From Botryllus schlosseri (lineage: Eukaryota), in contig CM119372.1 of assembly GCA_051294905.1 (NCBI GenBank), positions 31,188,001 to 31,252,000 of the forward strand: 64,000 bases of DNA, read 5' to 3'. Each line of letters opens with the position of its first letter. Position 1 is the stretch's first letter. A model generated the notes under the pieces. It had not been told where the DNA came from. It saw only the letters and a list, made by a program, of their open reading frames with translations, and did no database searches. This document shows positions 25,756 to 41,116 of the stretch, in pieces. The position numbers and the translations under genes are program-made.

Positions 25756-28265
25756 CAGGGTTGTAATGACTCGAGTCACGATTTTTTTGTGACTCGACTT
25801 GACTCGGGTCATTTTCTTGAAATGGGAAAATGACTCGACTCGACTCGAGTCAATATTTGGATTGACTCGACTTGTATTCGAGTCATTACGCATGACTCGA
25901 CCCAAGTCATTGACTCGGCTTATTTTATATGACTTGAAGATGAAGAAATTTGCGAATCGTAATGGCTAGATCAACGCATCTGACGAATTCTGCCGACATC
26001 GCCATTTGTCGCCACTGCTTTCGTTGCACTCGTCTGATATCAGATATGCAGCCGTGGAAAACAACAGACAATGGTATATATCAGGGGCTGGCAACATACA
26101 GCCCGCGGACAGTTTTCCGTCTTATATGATAATGCGGCCCGCAGCTACAGTCTGCCGAGATTCCCCGCTACTTGCTTACTACGTCAAATTTTAGTGACTG
26201 CATGTAATTATATACAATACATGTATGCGCAGTTTGCGCACTGCCTAGCGTGCGAGAGTGGAGCTTACTCGTAAGTTCGTCGAAACGGGATGAGTTGCAT
26301 TATCGGCATTTACGATATACTCATAACCCTAATATCGTTTGTGATAATCCTGATGTTTGTCGAATGGTCATTTACACCAGGCCGATATTCCTTATTTTTG
26401 ATTCCGTAGCCGCCGACTTGTAGCACGGAAAAACTACTAGGTTTTGTAAGACACCGCTTATGCCAGGGGTCGCTAACTCAAAACGGGTCGCGGGCCACTT
26501 TTCAGATGTCGTAGAAGTCGCGGTCCGCATGGATTCAATATCGAGATAAAATAGGCCGCACAGTTGAGCAACGACGTTATCACTTCACCTATTCAGCCCC
26601 AATGAATTTATATCTTGGTAAATTTGGGGTACTGGGCTTATCGAATGCCTTGAAATCTTAATTAGTGATTGCTGCGTGTGTTGATTGATCAGAGAGAAGC
26701 AGACATGGCGGCGCCTGTATGACAATGCTGTTCTCAAATTCACATTTTCTACGACATTATCGGTGAGACATGGCTTTGAAGTGATATTGCTGTCGTTAAA
26801 TACATTCATTAAATGCGATTTACACCTCGTATATGTGGATAAATGGGTGAATAATGTATCGATTCAGCAATCCGGCCCGCCAAGTACATAATTTTCCTAT
26901 ATCCGGCCCGCCGACTGGAGAAGTTGCCCGCCCCTGGTATATATAGTAGCAATGCATTGTTCAAAATCATCATGTGATGAAGAGGTAATAGATCCTCCGC
27001 AATCAAAGTACTCAAGACTTTTCAATTATACAAACAACAAGCAAAGTTCAATTAGAGCCATGAAATGACTCAGATGGTCAAATACTTAGAAGAGAGTGAT
27101 AAGCTCGTGTGTGGATTTGAAGGCGATGATTCTTTGCATTTTCAGGCGACTAGAAAGAATTGAGTATCCAATGCTCTTCAACGAAGTTCAAAAATGCTTG
27201 TCAATTCATGTATCTAGTGCAGCAGTGGGACGTGAATTCAGTAGATGTGGATTTATTCCAAGGCCATGCCGCTATAACATATAAGAGGATCTCCTTTCCA
27301 CTTTAGTATTTTTGAAGTGTAACTCAATGATTTGATCTGCTGTCAGTGAAAACACACAATACCCTCCGTCCGTTTGACGTTTTGTTAGGTATGTGCATTG
27401 TGCACGTGAATGAATGGCTAATGTTGTGTGATGTTTGTACAATAGGGCTGTTCAAAAATAATTTCTTTTTTATTTTACTGGGTGGCTACTTGATAAAATT
27501 GTTATGTTGCATAAAAAGAACACTGAATCTGGCTTAATTTTTAAAAGTTGAATCAATGATATAAGAGGAGAAAATTTTTATATTTGAAAATAAATGGAGT
27601 GTTTTTAGTGAGAAATTCTTTCATGTAATATAATTACATACTAGTAGTAAGACTACTACTTTTTTCATATCCATCCAAAATATTTCACTCTAATAAATTC
27701 GCTTTTTCTAGTTGGAATTGAGCAAATTTCGCTAATGAATCATATTTTTACACAATATAATAATATGATGCGGTAGCCCGTAAACTTCGAAAATCTCTAT
27801 TTGTAGTTAATCCAAAATTTTCTCTCATAGTAGTAACGCTCCGGCGGCTATTTCGGGAGCTGAGCAGGAAAGCTGACCTTTTTTTAGTTAACACCTGATA
27901 ATGTGAAAGAAAAACTGTACGTCTACATAAACATGCATCTGTTGATTCTCTATATATCAGCTGGTATCTAGACGTGAATTCGTTGGTTCTATATCAGATA
28001 GTAATGTAGACGTGAATTCGTTGATTCTCCACAAGCTATAAGCTAATTCAGGATTGAAAACATGAGTTGAACATGACTTCAATGCAGTGACTTGGACTCG
28101 GACTCGAGTCATAACACTATGACTCGGACTTGACCCTTTAAACAGTGACTTGGACTAGGACTCGACTCGGTGATGAATTGAAAATGACTCGACTTGACTC
28201 GAGTCAATACCACAAAAGTAAGATTGACTCGTGACTCGGAACCATGTGACTTGGTTACAACCCTG
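25756..28265 (+). mobile_element. hAT deletion derivative with GACTCGAGTC repeats and a dimerisation-domain remnant
   Basis: TIR CAGGGTTGTAA / TTACAACCCTG; perfect TSD TTAACATG. Near 27160-27325: YPMLFNEVQKCLSIHVSSAAVGREFSRCG...LVFLKCN, the hAT C-terminal motif SSAxVERxFS. Confidence 0.9.
26082..26936. mobile_element. hAT MITE nested in 25756-28265
   Basis: TIR CAGGGGCTGGCAAC / GTTGCCCGCCCCTG; perfect TSD GTATATAT. Homologous, in inverted orientation, to 36450-37925. Confidence 0.9.
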
Positions 28266-29452
28266 TTAACATGTCACCTTTAGAATATACCCTCTTCTTA
28301 CTTCTTCCTGAAGTATGCTTTGCTCCAACGGAGTAAGGACATTTCGGACACTTAAAAGGCGAAGTATCTAGACCTGACGATTACAAGGTACATCATTATC
28401 GTAGTCACGTTATATTACATTTGCAACCACCACACTATTATGAAACAATGCATAGTATTCCAGTCAAAATCCTGAGACGAATCTTTGAGCACATTCTAAT
28501 ATATGTTTAAGAGCTTCTTGGAGGCACAGAACTCATAATACAATTGTATAATTTATTCAATTCATATTTAAATGAGCGCGAATATTTTCGGCTGACACTC
28601 AGGGGTAATCGTCAGCAACTAGTAGAGAAATGGAAAGAACATTAAACATCAACAATCGTATTTCGTATTTCGTATTTGGATATTCGGTTCAATTAATATT
28701 TAAATATTAATCGCAAGCTATTGGTGTAGTGCTGTCCATATTCACTCAGACCGGAACTCTTTGGTTGGTATTATACTGTCTTGATAGATTGGAATTGATA
28801 TATATTCAATATTATGTAAACATCTCCTATACATGAAACAGAAAACTTTTGATGGAAAATTTTGATTATCGTCTCCGATGATTTTATTAAGTATTCCGTG
28901 ATTGTCGTGGGATCAGGCTGAAGCGATATTGTGGTAATCATTTATCGTTACGTCATACATTGGGAGGAACAAAAAAGCATTAAACAGATTTAACACATCT
29001 AACACCCACGCCTGTAATGCGCGCTCCATACACACGGCCCTTTGTATTCTGGAATAAGAATCGAAGTCGTGCTCTACAGGGATAAAAAACATATTTCCAA
29101 TTCAGAATACCACGAATACAGCGATCGGAACTTAAAACAAAGTGTCGAATACCTCGTTAACAAATTAATAATTCATATTCAGATATGAAGTCATTGTAAC
29201 ATTAGTACAAATGCATTCAAGACCGATTCATGACAAAATTGACTCAAATATCGCGGTCATCGATGGATTCGTCAGTTCCATCGAGCACTGAATGCTACTA
29301 TGAATGTAAAAGTTCTAAGAAATTTATAGTGCGATCAGTGCTACTATGCCACTGCAATGATCAAAAATATAAAGTCCAAGTAACGAATAAGTTGACATTC
29401 ATTTGTAAGTCAAATGCCATGATGGGATAAACATTTTAAGGATTTTCCTTTT

Positions 29453-29548
29453 CAATGATGAGGATGATGAACCTTATCATTATGACGATGCTTATCATGC
29501 TGCTGCTGCTGCTGATGATGATGATGGTGGTGGTGGTGGTGATGATGG
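29453..29548. repeat. Compound trinucleotide microsatellite (TGA/TGC/TGG), possibly the 3' tail of a truncated LINE on the minus strand
   Basis: The repeat is directly visible; the LINE-tail interpretation is inference only. Confidence 0.7.
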
Positions 29549-31754
29549 TCTGATCTCTTATTCATCAATCCACTGTCAAGATACCACCAGATATCAAATG
29601 TACGTTTATAGTCTGAGAAGAAAATATGCTTGATCAATTTTAGTCCTCCACTGTAAGGTGAAAGTTGACGGGGAATCACACAGATGTATGAAAAATAGGG
29701 TGCTACCTTCTGGTTAGACCACCAAATTAATGAATGCATCAGTAAATTCAACGTAATATTGCCCGATCTGCCGTACAATTTTAATGCTTTCTCCATTTCT
29801 CGTGGATATAAGTGTTTGAGTCACGCGATTTTTTCGCGGTTGGCAATGTGTGGACAACAGAATATGTTTGAGTACATTTCTGGGACCAGCAAGAGCTGGC
29901 AGAATTTTTGCCTAGTTCGGAGGAAGGGCGATCTCAATAATAGGCAAGAGTGACGGAATGTGGACGAAATCTTCTTTATCTCAACCGTAATTTATTTGAT
30001 AACGAATTCGTGGCTATTATACGCATTCTGTAGATGTCCTTGTGTGGGTCGAGACACGTCTGTCACCCAAACACCGAAAGGGCCGAAAAGGACATAGTAC
30101 ACGAAAACAGAACCCAACTCAGAATTATATCGCGGTCATAATTCCTACGTGCCTACGTACATGCATAATTTGGATTAAAATGTTGTACCCAATGTATACC
30201 GCGGTATAAGTCTGAGGTAGGTTCTCGTTTCATGTGCCATGGGTGTATATTCACACCCGCATGAGGGGTTTTACACGGATGGACATACACACTTTTTTCT
30301 CTATATTAGTGACACATGTGAACAGCATCGACGATTTCATGTCTAAATAACGCTATTGATTGGGAAATGATTTTAATTGTGCACTTTCGCGATCACCAAC
30401 TTGGGATCATTTCTGCTCCTGGAAATACCGAAACTCTTCTTCAGATCGCGTCTGATACCAGCATCATAACACGCTTTGTAAAGATATATTAAATAAATAT
30501 GGGTATCGCGATAACCCGCGCCTACACGGTCCCAATATGACAACACATAAAATCGGCACGCGAATGATACTTCGTAGTATAAGCACCCACCTGCTTGAAC
30601 AATAACCTGAGCAGCTTAGCTAACAAGTTAACGTAACGGTCTATCGCAAATTTATATCTTGAACAACTTTTGAAATCCCAGTTCTAGTTCAACATACGTC
30701 GCTGCACAAATGATTCTCGATAACAACATACCGCACTGTTGTTTATTGTTTATGCTGTTTGGAAAGATATGGTAATTTTACACTATGTAGATCTTGTTAT
30801 TATGATTCCTGAGACTCGGACTTATAGCCACGCCCACTTCCGTTCCGGCTTTTTGTAAGGCATCACTATGAGGATCTCATGCGAAGTCGGAGTCTATATC
30901 GTTGTCAACTAATCGGATTAGATTGTGGGGTGGACGCGGTCCGACTCGAACCTGCAACCCATTGGAACGTAGCACTACTCTACTCGCCACCGCCCTTCTT
31001 ACACTGCCGCAATTATTTGTCCCGTTCGCTCAGTTTATTATCTCATGTAACATCCATATATAGTTTGAAATTTCTCAATAATCCGGACCTATAGTATAAA
31101 AATCCGATCCTAGAGAGCACCTTATTGATCGTGGCGCACAAAGCCGGAACGGCGACAGCACAACTTAAAACTCACGATTAATAATACCGATAATAATACT
31201 CGCCACCGCGAATAATAATAGCATATGTTTGACGAGAAGTAATCAAGTGCTTCACTCACGTTCTATAATGTTGATATCGATATTTTGACCGGATGAATTC
31301 ACTTCAATCGTTTTCAAAGCCTCCTCACTGTGCTTGTATTCCGATTTCTCGTATACCAAAGTAAGCACTGCCGGTTTACAATTCATCGTGAGCGAGCGAA
31401 GGTCGTCGATGGAAGCCTGGTATTCCATTATGCATCTGAGCAAACCAACCTGTGGAACGAAAACTATCTCAAAAACAATAGCGACTACATTGCTCCGACA
31501 TGAATTGAGAGGAGTCAGCGATGCATTCGAACGTACCGTCATTGTTTCCATAAAATATAAAATGTGTAATTTTTGTTTGGATTTACCTAATATATTTGCT
31601 ATCTGCTGAACTAATTAAAAATAATCAGATGATATTTACCTATTTTCTTCCATCAATATAACGTAGGGGTCACCAATCCGCGACTGGTTTTTGATTTCGG
31701 AGAAAAATCAAACATTCCATAATCGATATGGGTTATTTTTATGATGAGGATTAA

Positions 31755-31830
31755 GGAAGCGAGTGGCGCAGTTGGTTAAGCGCTAGCGTCAGGATAATAG
31801 TCACGACACCGGTTCGGATCCTAACTGCCA
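31755..31830 (+). mobile_element. tRNA-derived SINE head
   Basis: A-box TGGCGCAGTTGG (31764-31775) and B-box-like GGTTCGGATCC (31811-31821); no complete cloverleaf. Confidence 0.6.
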
Positions 31831-34800
31831 TAGCAGTGTCTCTTGAAGCCCATAATGATGGCGAATCGAGCCAGTAAGAAGTAGCCGACAAAGAACAAGT
31901 CTGGGTGCATGAAAGGGAGAGAGACTGATGTTGGGAGCGCGCGAGTGTAGATGTCGTCCGTTACTAAAACAAAGATCCTGAACATTGCGAAATCATTGTC
32001 CTAGTGCACACGACCTCAATAGGCGATAAGCACTATACTGTTTTATGTGTGGATGATTTCAGTTTTCGCCATACCTATCGGTATGCCCTTATCAGGAGTG
32101 GCGGACTGGATGATAGCAGCGAACTGGTTGAAGGGAGATGGACAAATGACCGATCCTCCCACAAAAGCACGGTGCAACTGCTCTTATTGTGTGTATTGCA
32201 CTGAAATGCCAGCATAGTCCCTCCCTATACTTGAGTTGAGCGTATTTATTGAATATCGATGAAAAGCGAGTCCACGGGTTAAAACTGGTTACATTAGAGA
32301 ACACGGGGGTACTGTTTATTTTTCGAGAGCAATGACAAAACCTATGTCTCATCAGCTTAGAAACTATTACTTTCGAAAGGAAATGTAGTGTTTGTGTGTA
32401 TTAGACAAGAAGGGTATACATCAAAAAATTCTCAGTTACAACAGATATGGTCAGAAGTATTGTCCCAGGAAGATTTTGATGTGCAACGCAACTTTTTGCC
32501 GAATCTCAACGAATTGACCGTTGATACGGCTGCCATACGCTCGCCAGAGGTAGACAAACATTTGTAAACGACCTTAGGATAAGCCATGATATATTCCAGC
32601 CAATATTAGGTTTACCATGTTTTGGGCTCCGGAAAGAAGGAAACTTCTCACAAATCACATTCACTACTGAAACTATACGAAGTATCCACGTAATTTACTG
32701 TCGAAACGACATACTTTCATTGTTTTTAGGCTCCCATTGTTAGTTAGATTAGAATTGGCACATGTTTGTTATCACTACGTTTACATGTAATGTTTCTGCG
32801 CGGCACACCAAATCAGCGTGGGGCGACTACAGGCGCAGAAGCCTGTGTAATCTATACGGTATAATGTAACGCCGGTGTAAATCAAACAACCTTTTATTCA
32901 AATTGGTGCTTGATAGAACGTAAACAGCACTAATAGTAGCACGTAGGTACACGGGAATGTAGGAAGATAAGGTAATAAAGTAGGATTTACAACGACGCTT
33001 TATCCCAAGAATCTTCCAACCGTTTGTTCAGCAAAGTAATTATTGAAAAGTTATCTAGCATTGAATATATAGAGAACGAAAACGAGACTAATAATGACGA
33101 TGATGATCAGACGACGGGACAATTAAATTGAAATACACAAGGATTCACGAAACAATGCAATGCCACACGCGCGCGCTAACATGTAATTGAGTATACTATA
33201 GAAATATGTGACATATCTCTCCTATTTCTACTTACGTATCGATGTTGAAGAGTTTTACTGCCTCCGAATCCCCTACTTTGATCAGATCTCCGAATGTGGT
33301 AATTCGACATATGCATCGAATACATTATAACGTTCTAGTCTAAAATTGCCCACCTTATTTTGTTGACTAGCTTCCAGGATAGATCTGAAGTCACTTTCAT
33401 CCTTAACCCGGAACATCCGATGTATGTTAACACGGATGTCCAAATCGGGGATTTCATCACTGGTGAAATTAATACCAGACACAGCAATATCCAGGTGTTG
33501 CAACTGCAACATGAACCAAAGTGTATTATTTCAACATCCAAAACACTGAGAACTGAAAAAATCTAACTTGGTGTTGCTGAACAGAGGCTTTTATAGATAA
33601 CCAGTCGATGCGTTCTTCTTTTGTGCAATCAAGCAATATGCTCTTCATCTGAATACAAAACGAGGCATGTGAGACAACAATCACCAGAAAGAATGTCGGG
33701 CACAGTCTTCTATCAATCCAAATATGTCATAATGGTTTAATTTTTTATCCAATTTATGTAATTTCAGTAGCGGGTAACGGAATCCCTCTAAAGCAGAAAA
33801 TTCTTAGTCATCTTACAGACCGATAGCATATATGTCCAACTTTTCATGCTTAGAAATAATGTCCTCAATGCTGACCGCCAAGATGGCATGCGAGAGCCAA
33901 AATAGATGTATTAGATGTGGTTGTCATGTTTCGATCAAGTTGTCAACTTCGTATGTATGCGATCTCTTGACAATAGCATAGCCAACCATCTCCAGAGATA
34001 CTGAACCTGATTAATGGTCTTGTATTCCAAGTCTGGTGTGTCACTTTATCTAGACGTACTAGGGCTAGAGATATCCCTGACTTCCTATAACAAAGGCGTC
34101 ATATTAGTAAATTGTAGCGTTACTAAAGTCTGCTTGGAGCGTATAGTCATCTCGATGTAAAATGTGTGCCGCGCACAAAACAAATCTACCTGTGGTTCGA
34201 AAAACATATCAGACGAAGCGATACAATCTCTTTTTGTAGAAAATGTATTAAGATGCGATAAAAAAAACTCGCAGCGAACCTCATAGTTTTTTGAGGAGAT
34301 CGGGAGTCCAGTAAAAAATACGAACTTTTATTTATTTTTAGTCGAACTACACACATTACCGGAAAAATTGTGGGTAACTCGGGATTCCAGCCGTGGTGGC
34401 TACGCAATCTTTTCCAAGGGACCGCGCAGTGAGTTGGTGAGACCGCGCAGACTCGTGAAAACTTGAAAGATACATTAACCGGAATGGTATCGTATAGGTC
34501 AAGTTATAAATTTATAGGATTTACTCTGTATCTCTGTTCTATATGACTACGCAAAAATAAGTGACCGCGGTCTAGTCTCCAGTGATGAAGTCCACTAACC
34601 TTTTCTAGTTTAATTTCACTTGTCTCCCGTAAATCATCCGAAGTCGCGTACAGTTGTTCATCGCAGTTTATTTCGATCAATGCCGGCTCAAATAGTTGTC
34701 CGAAAAATACCACGACATCGAGCATGTGAACTTTATTGAAGCGAAGATCCATTAGCTGTGAAATCAACGTTTGTTATTTGACATGATACAACGTTCGCTG

Positions 34801-36449
34801 ATGTTCTATTCTTTTTCAGGACGTAATGAATCGAACAATGAGTAGGCGCAGCATAAAATTACATGGGAGCTGACATCTTTTATGAATCTCAAAATTCAAC
34901 AACTGAGACCCTAGTTTGGTTGCGTTTATTTGCTGTTAAGAAGGGCGTGATCTGAGTTGCTTTTCCAAAATCAGATTGCTGTCTCAACTTGAAGCAAGTT
35001 GAACGTCGTGATCAATTGTCACAATGTGAGTGTCTTCATTGAATATTCATATACGTGTCTTTTTGCGTTACTGTATCGGTATATCGTTTTCTTATAGTGC
35101 ACACTGTTACGACTTGGCAGAATACAACTCTATCTATTGGTTAGTCAATACCATTAAAACATTTATATGTTTAAAAACTAAATATATGATGTTTCAGGAC
35201 AAATGACTAGATTGCAAAATGAGATTTGCCGTTGAGATATATTTCCACCATATAATCGTTTCAGTATTGGTATACACAGGCCTGTTATTAAGCATGCACG
35301 TGATATCTCACCTTTTTATTGTAAATTGCCACGGTATTTCCGTCGGTGATGATGGAGTTTATTTCGTTCTTCAGTGTGATGCTACAATTATGAGATTTGA
35401 CTCGTACTTGTGCGATCTGAATATTTCAACGATTAGATTATTACTCCAAAAACAATAGCAAATATTATGGCGTGAGACATATAGGCGCCGACTTTTATTT
35501 TTACATGGGGTGGCGAGATGAAAAAAGGGAGGGGTTTGAATAAAAAGGGAGGGGTTTAAAATTGTTTCAAATTTAACAAGTTAGCATCAATTTGTTATGG
35601 TTAAGTTCATGCGTAAATGCTCATAACACATGAATAGAACAAGCTTGATCGTGTTTACGAATTTACGCATACAAGTGCGCGTAAGCTTGCCAACGAATCC
35701 AGCGGTTAATTAGCGATTCCTCGATCCCGCTTCAATATCAACTATTCACCAACGCGCGCGCGAACAATCGAATACGCAACCTAGGTGACGACGACGAACT
35801 ATTTCACAAATTAATATGATTGAAGTCTGCTGTGGAATCTGTTCTGTGATGGCACCAATTTCAGGTGATTCAGAGCTGTCGTATCTTTTGATAACTCGGC
35901 CTTAACACACATCTTCTGATGTTTTAGTATTAGCACTAATTAATTACGTCCGTTCGAGTCTGTTCGTGGCCAATTGCGCCGATACGAAGTTATTCAATTC
36001 CACGCTGTCAGCCTTAAGCCAATATGACATGACAATCGCATAAGTAGAGATAGGCAATTCATGCAAGGCTGGTAGCAGACGCTATACTTTAGGCCAGCGA
36101 TGTTATCACTTCACATGTGCCAGACCAGCTGTAGACTGGATAGTTCAGGCTGGTAACGATATCAGGGCTAGCCTGGTGCACGTGATAGTTCATGCCAGCG
36201 ATTATAGCCTGCAGGCCTGCATGCGGACGCGCTAAATCAAACCAGAGACGATATCGCATAAAGTCAATGACCGATTTCGCATACAATGATTCTCGCTAAT
36301 TTGCAGTACGCAGCATCGATAATTCACGAATTAGTGAATTGGCATTTCAAAAGGACGGGATTTCTAGTTTTAAATGAGAAACTCCCTGGCTACGCATGCA
36401 GGTGCAGGGCTTTAATACCGACAACGCGCTGATTAATATCCGCTTGGGG

Positions 36450-37925
36450 CAGGGGCGGGCAACTTCTCCAGTCGACGGGCCGGATATAGGAAAATTAGGT
36501 AATTGGCGGGCCGGATTGCTTGCTGAATCGATACATTATCCCCGTATACAAGGAATAAATCGTATATAATGAATGTATTGAAACGACAGCAACGTCACTT
36601 CAGAGCCATTTCTCGCCGATAATGACGAAGACAATGCGGATTTGAGAACAGCATTGTCATACAGGCGTGTACATGTCTTCTTCTGTCTGATCAATTAACA
36701 CATGGCGCAATCCTTGACTAAGATTTCAAGGCGTTCGACAGCCCGGTACCCAAAATTTACCAAGATATCAATTCATTAGGGTTGATTACAGCGCAAATGC
36801 CGATAATGCCAGTCTTCTCGCTTCTACGAACTTACGCGTAAGCTCCACTCTCGTACACTGCGCACACACGTAACAGTCAGGAGCGTAACACCACTTCGTC
36901 AACCCTTCCCCCCGAAACGTTGATAGTGGGCCCCACTAAACGATAAATGAGCGAAGCGCGCAAAAATTTCTATATTTCATGATTGAATCGGTCAATATGA
37001 TCGGGGATTGCATAAATATTGCTATTATTTTTTATCCTCTCTCTGTGTTAACGTAATCATTTTTACCGGTAATAGAGCTGAGTGAGGTGTCTTGGAAAAT
37101 AATAATTAAACATCTTCGGGCGGACCGTTGGATCAATGAATTCGTTACATGATGCTATTTCGTGGCCGCCCATAGCTGCTATGTCAAAAGATATTGAAAT
37201 CGTCCAAACTTACAAAACTAAATGACGCACACGATTTCAAATTGATATTTCTTTACTAGCTAATGATGTTTCCCTGCTGTATGGCATTTGTCCTGTGGGG
37301 TTCAGAGCGCCAGGACAGGGACATTCGGCGCCAGCCATTTAGACGCCAATGGACATTTAAAGATATATGTCTAATAGTATATGTATATCGAAGTTTTCGG
37401 TGAGCACAAAGGCAGTCCTTTTCGGCCAAGGTCTTCTCGCTGCTGATCGTTCTGGCACACTTCTCGGAGTCGCATGTTGCATCATGGCGTATAACTTCAT
37501 ATGTTTCGGTGCGTCGTGGCGTGGTAATGGCCGACGCCAAAGTGTCCATTTCTATAAATCATGGGTATTTTGTTGGGGGAAGGGTAACCAATAATGAAGG
37601 TAATTGTCATTAAATCGTGCCCAGCGCAAATTTCGTTTGAAAAAGTTGCATACATTTAGGAAGAAATACTTCATAATTCATTTAAATTCGCGAAATAATT
37701 TTGACCCCCTTCGAGCTCGGCTGCCCTCAATTCGGGGGTTTGGGTGCGGCAGTTACGGTCTTGCATACAGTCACTAAAATTTGACGTTTAAGCAAGAAGT
37801 GGGGAATCTCGGTAGACTGGGACCGCGGGCCATATTATCATGTAGCACGGGAAACTGTCCGCGGGCCGGACAAAATCCCGTCGCGGGCTGGATCCGGCCC
37901 GCGGGCCGTATGTTGCCCACCCCTG
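36450..37925. mobile_element. hAT MITE
   Basis: TIR CAGGGGCGGGCAAC / GTTGCCCACCCCTG; perfect TSD GCTTGGGG. Confidence 0.9.
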
Positions 37926-38649
37926 GCTTGGGGCCTACGGCCTACGTAGGTCCCGATCAGCCAGTAGAATTTGATCGTGAAATGGTGCGATTTTAATTAT
38001 CCGAGTGTTATGGCTGCAAGAGCAATATGGGCGAATGCCGCGACCTTATCAATAGAAATACAAATGCCGATGGTTTCGAATTCGATGCGCCTATGGTTGC
38101 ACCCGATAGAGTCCGTCCAGCAATGAAGTTTTGGAACATAGAAGGTTCCCCTTCCAACTAATCGAATAAATTGAGAATTTGCGCCACCGAGAATCTCGTG
38201 TTTCATCAATATTTGACAACGTAAGTCAACGCCGTACACTGCACAATGCGCAGTATTAATAACAAATCAAACACTGACAAGTGACATCGAGTGAATACAA
38301 GTTTATAGAGTAGACGAGAGTTAGCAGCCTGCAGATGATAGCAAACGAGAAAGCGCGCATCTAATCAGTAATTTCTCAACTTGCGTACAGCACAATGGGG
38401 TTCCTAGTCTGACATCGCGACAATTGTTCGCTCATTCTAACGACGTTCCAGCTGCATTGCTTCATTTCCCGATAAAAATTGGCAAAGCCTTGTTAAAGTA
38501 ATGAATATGCGCACTTTGCACAGGAATGACTTTCAATTCGCACACTCTCCAATTTCTCGCTCTATGCCTCCAGTTAAACAGAGATTATCGCGAAACTAAC
38601 TCAAGAATTGTTTTGTAAACGAATATGCGCGCAAATACAATTTATTTAA

Positions 38650-41116
38650 GGGGGGAAGGTACACCTGCGTTACGTAAAATTTCAAATTGCTATATTTTCT
38701 ACAATATAGAGTCTGGCGTCTTAAAATTTGGTGTGTGAGTTCAATGTACCATTCTCCATATTCTATGTAAATTTTGGTTTCTCAAAATAATTCCTTGGGC
38801 CCAAATTGGGGGGGAGATTTTCAAATTGAACACTTCGCACGGCGGAAAGTCTGTCTCTTCAAGGAATGCTTATAAACTCCAGATAATGATTGATTAGGTA
38901 TCCATATACCGCTAAGCACCTGCTAGAATGCTCCAATTATGCAGAAAAAAAATCATCTGAAAGTGGATTTGACACTAATACGTTACCGAAATTTCCATTT
39001 TTTTTCATAAAACAAAACAAATCATAGCTAGCAAACTGAAACTCTGACTCTAACTCAAAATTCTATCATTCTACCAGGTAAAACACATCTACTTCTGTAA
39101 TTGAGCCAAGTTTAATCAAGATTGGAGATCATTTGATACCAAAATTTCCTTCCGCAGATAAACCAATCCAGTGAAAATCAAAAAGCTGAGAAAATCAACT
39201 TTGAAAATTGAAAATTGTATTTGTGAAAAATTAAAACAGATATGCGAAATGCAATGTTCTCTCAGTAATCAGGCATGCTTGAATTAGGATATAACCAAAT
39301 TTGAAGGAGATTGAATGTACATAAATGCATAATATGTGATATAAAGTATGACGGGTTTTACAGTTTTTCACTCAAAACTGCTATTTCATATGCGAACATT
39401 TTCCGAACCTTGAATTGGACAAGCATAAGATCACAGTTGGATTTAGAACAGTTGATATGACATATTTGGATCCCTGCGACACTGTCAAGATGCATTACAG
39501 TTGTTACTGATTGAACAAATGAACATATTATGGCAACATTACACTGGATTCCTTCAACGATACAATTTTATACCATCAAATTTATAATGAAAATAAGGCA
39601 TGAAAAATTAGCTGATGGAAGAACGGTATAACAGTGAGAGCCCAGAGCCAAGGATGCAGCATGGATATGACTAAAACTTTCCTGCACTGTAAGTAGTGCC
39701 TTCCTTCTCAAACTCTCTTTCACTGCATCAAATTTTTAATTTCCTTCGTTTTCGATCACAGGTTGTGTCAATTTGGGCGTAAGAATTTTTAGGTTCGAAT
39801 TGCGTTGTCTCTAATTCCTGCATATCTGTGACTCTGGGGCTCATTGGAATTCCTACCGATTCTAACACATCGACGAGACCTGTTGCACTGGTGTTCTATC
39901 TTATTACTGCTAGAGCTACCGCAAATTCCAGGTAGTCTCTTTCAACGCAAGTCTCCTCGGAGCATCGCTTCCATAGGGTGCTATGGGGGCACTCGTTGTC
40001 GTTAGCATTCTACGTTTGCAAGTTCATGCACTGTGAAAGAAGATCAATACTTGCAAGGTCCTTGAAGACGGGTTTGACCCCTCATTTTGGCTGTCAGCGG
40101 ATACTTGCGGATTGGATCGGTAGCACCTTCAAGTTTAGCTTTCAAGTAAAAGCACCACTTTTCATCACAATTACCGTGCATCGGTTCTTCTGGAGTTGAA
40201 CTGTTAGGCATCAGTATTGCCCACACTTTAGTCGATGCATTCTGTGCATCTGGTGCACCATTTACGATGGCATTATGATAATACTGGCTCCACTTTGGTA
40301 TTGATCTGGTCATGACAATGCTTTTTGCCTTCCTCTTCAACATCATCTCTTTTTGACGAGGTGAACCAACGAAAAATTTATTTTTTGTAGCACGACACTC
40401 CGATGCTAATCTCTGTAGCAAAGCCTTGCTGGATATTTTGCCAACATCCCTTGTTTGTTGAAACACAGTCAGGGCAAGTCACAATACATTGAATGACTGC
40501 ATCAAAGATACATGACTTGCTAGGAAAAAGGTTTCTTCAGAATTTCATCAACCACCATCAGACTTCGAAGCAGATAAAAGGTCCAATCTTTTCTCGAATG
40601 ACTTTTTCGGTTTCTTAGAAACTTTTCTTTTACCATATTATACCTCCTTCTCTTGCTAAATGCCTGCTTTGTTGTTATCTTTGTCCCGGCCATTGTAAAA
40701 TCACCACTAACTACCAATTTTCTCACAATATCATCTTGAAAAGTATAATAATTGAGAAATTTCCTCCCGACAAACAGGATAGCTAATGACACATCTTGTG
40801 AGAGCTCACAACTGCTTCGGCAGCCAGATAATGTTATGATATTCATGCTTGAGTGATTACAGATATGGCTCTATGTTATAACTATCTAAATTACAAGGAC
40901 AGGGTGTTTGGTGATAATTTTGAGCTAGTTAAAAAATATGGGGGGGGATTCTCGATTTTTCACGAAAATGAGAGATTTTAAATGGAATTTTAACCTACTT
41001 ATAACTTGAAATCATGCAAGATGATTATATTTTATGAAAGAGCCAGTCTCATACTTTGTAATTCTGCAAGAAAAAAATTATGAAAAATTTTGAATATCTG
41101 GGTGTACCTTCCCCCC
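38650..41116 (-). mobile_element. Kolobok-like DNA transposon with a decayed transposase
   Basis: Perfect 16-bp TIR GGGGGGAAGGTACACC flanked by TTAA on both sides. Minus-strand fragments QYYHNAI...VWAILMPNSSTPEEPMHGNCDEKWCFY and NDNECPHSTLWKRC resemble Kolobok/Mutator-like transposase motifs. Confidence 0.85.

Noticed and set aside
29452..29796. ORF with a poly-His/poly-Gln tail
   Set aside because: The tail is a trinucleotide microsatellite; there is no evidence for a real gene.
31755..31830. tRNA gene
   Set aside because: A and B boxes are present but acceptor and anticodon stems cannot be formed; treated as a SINE head.
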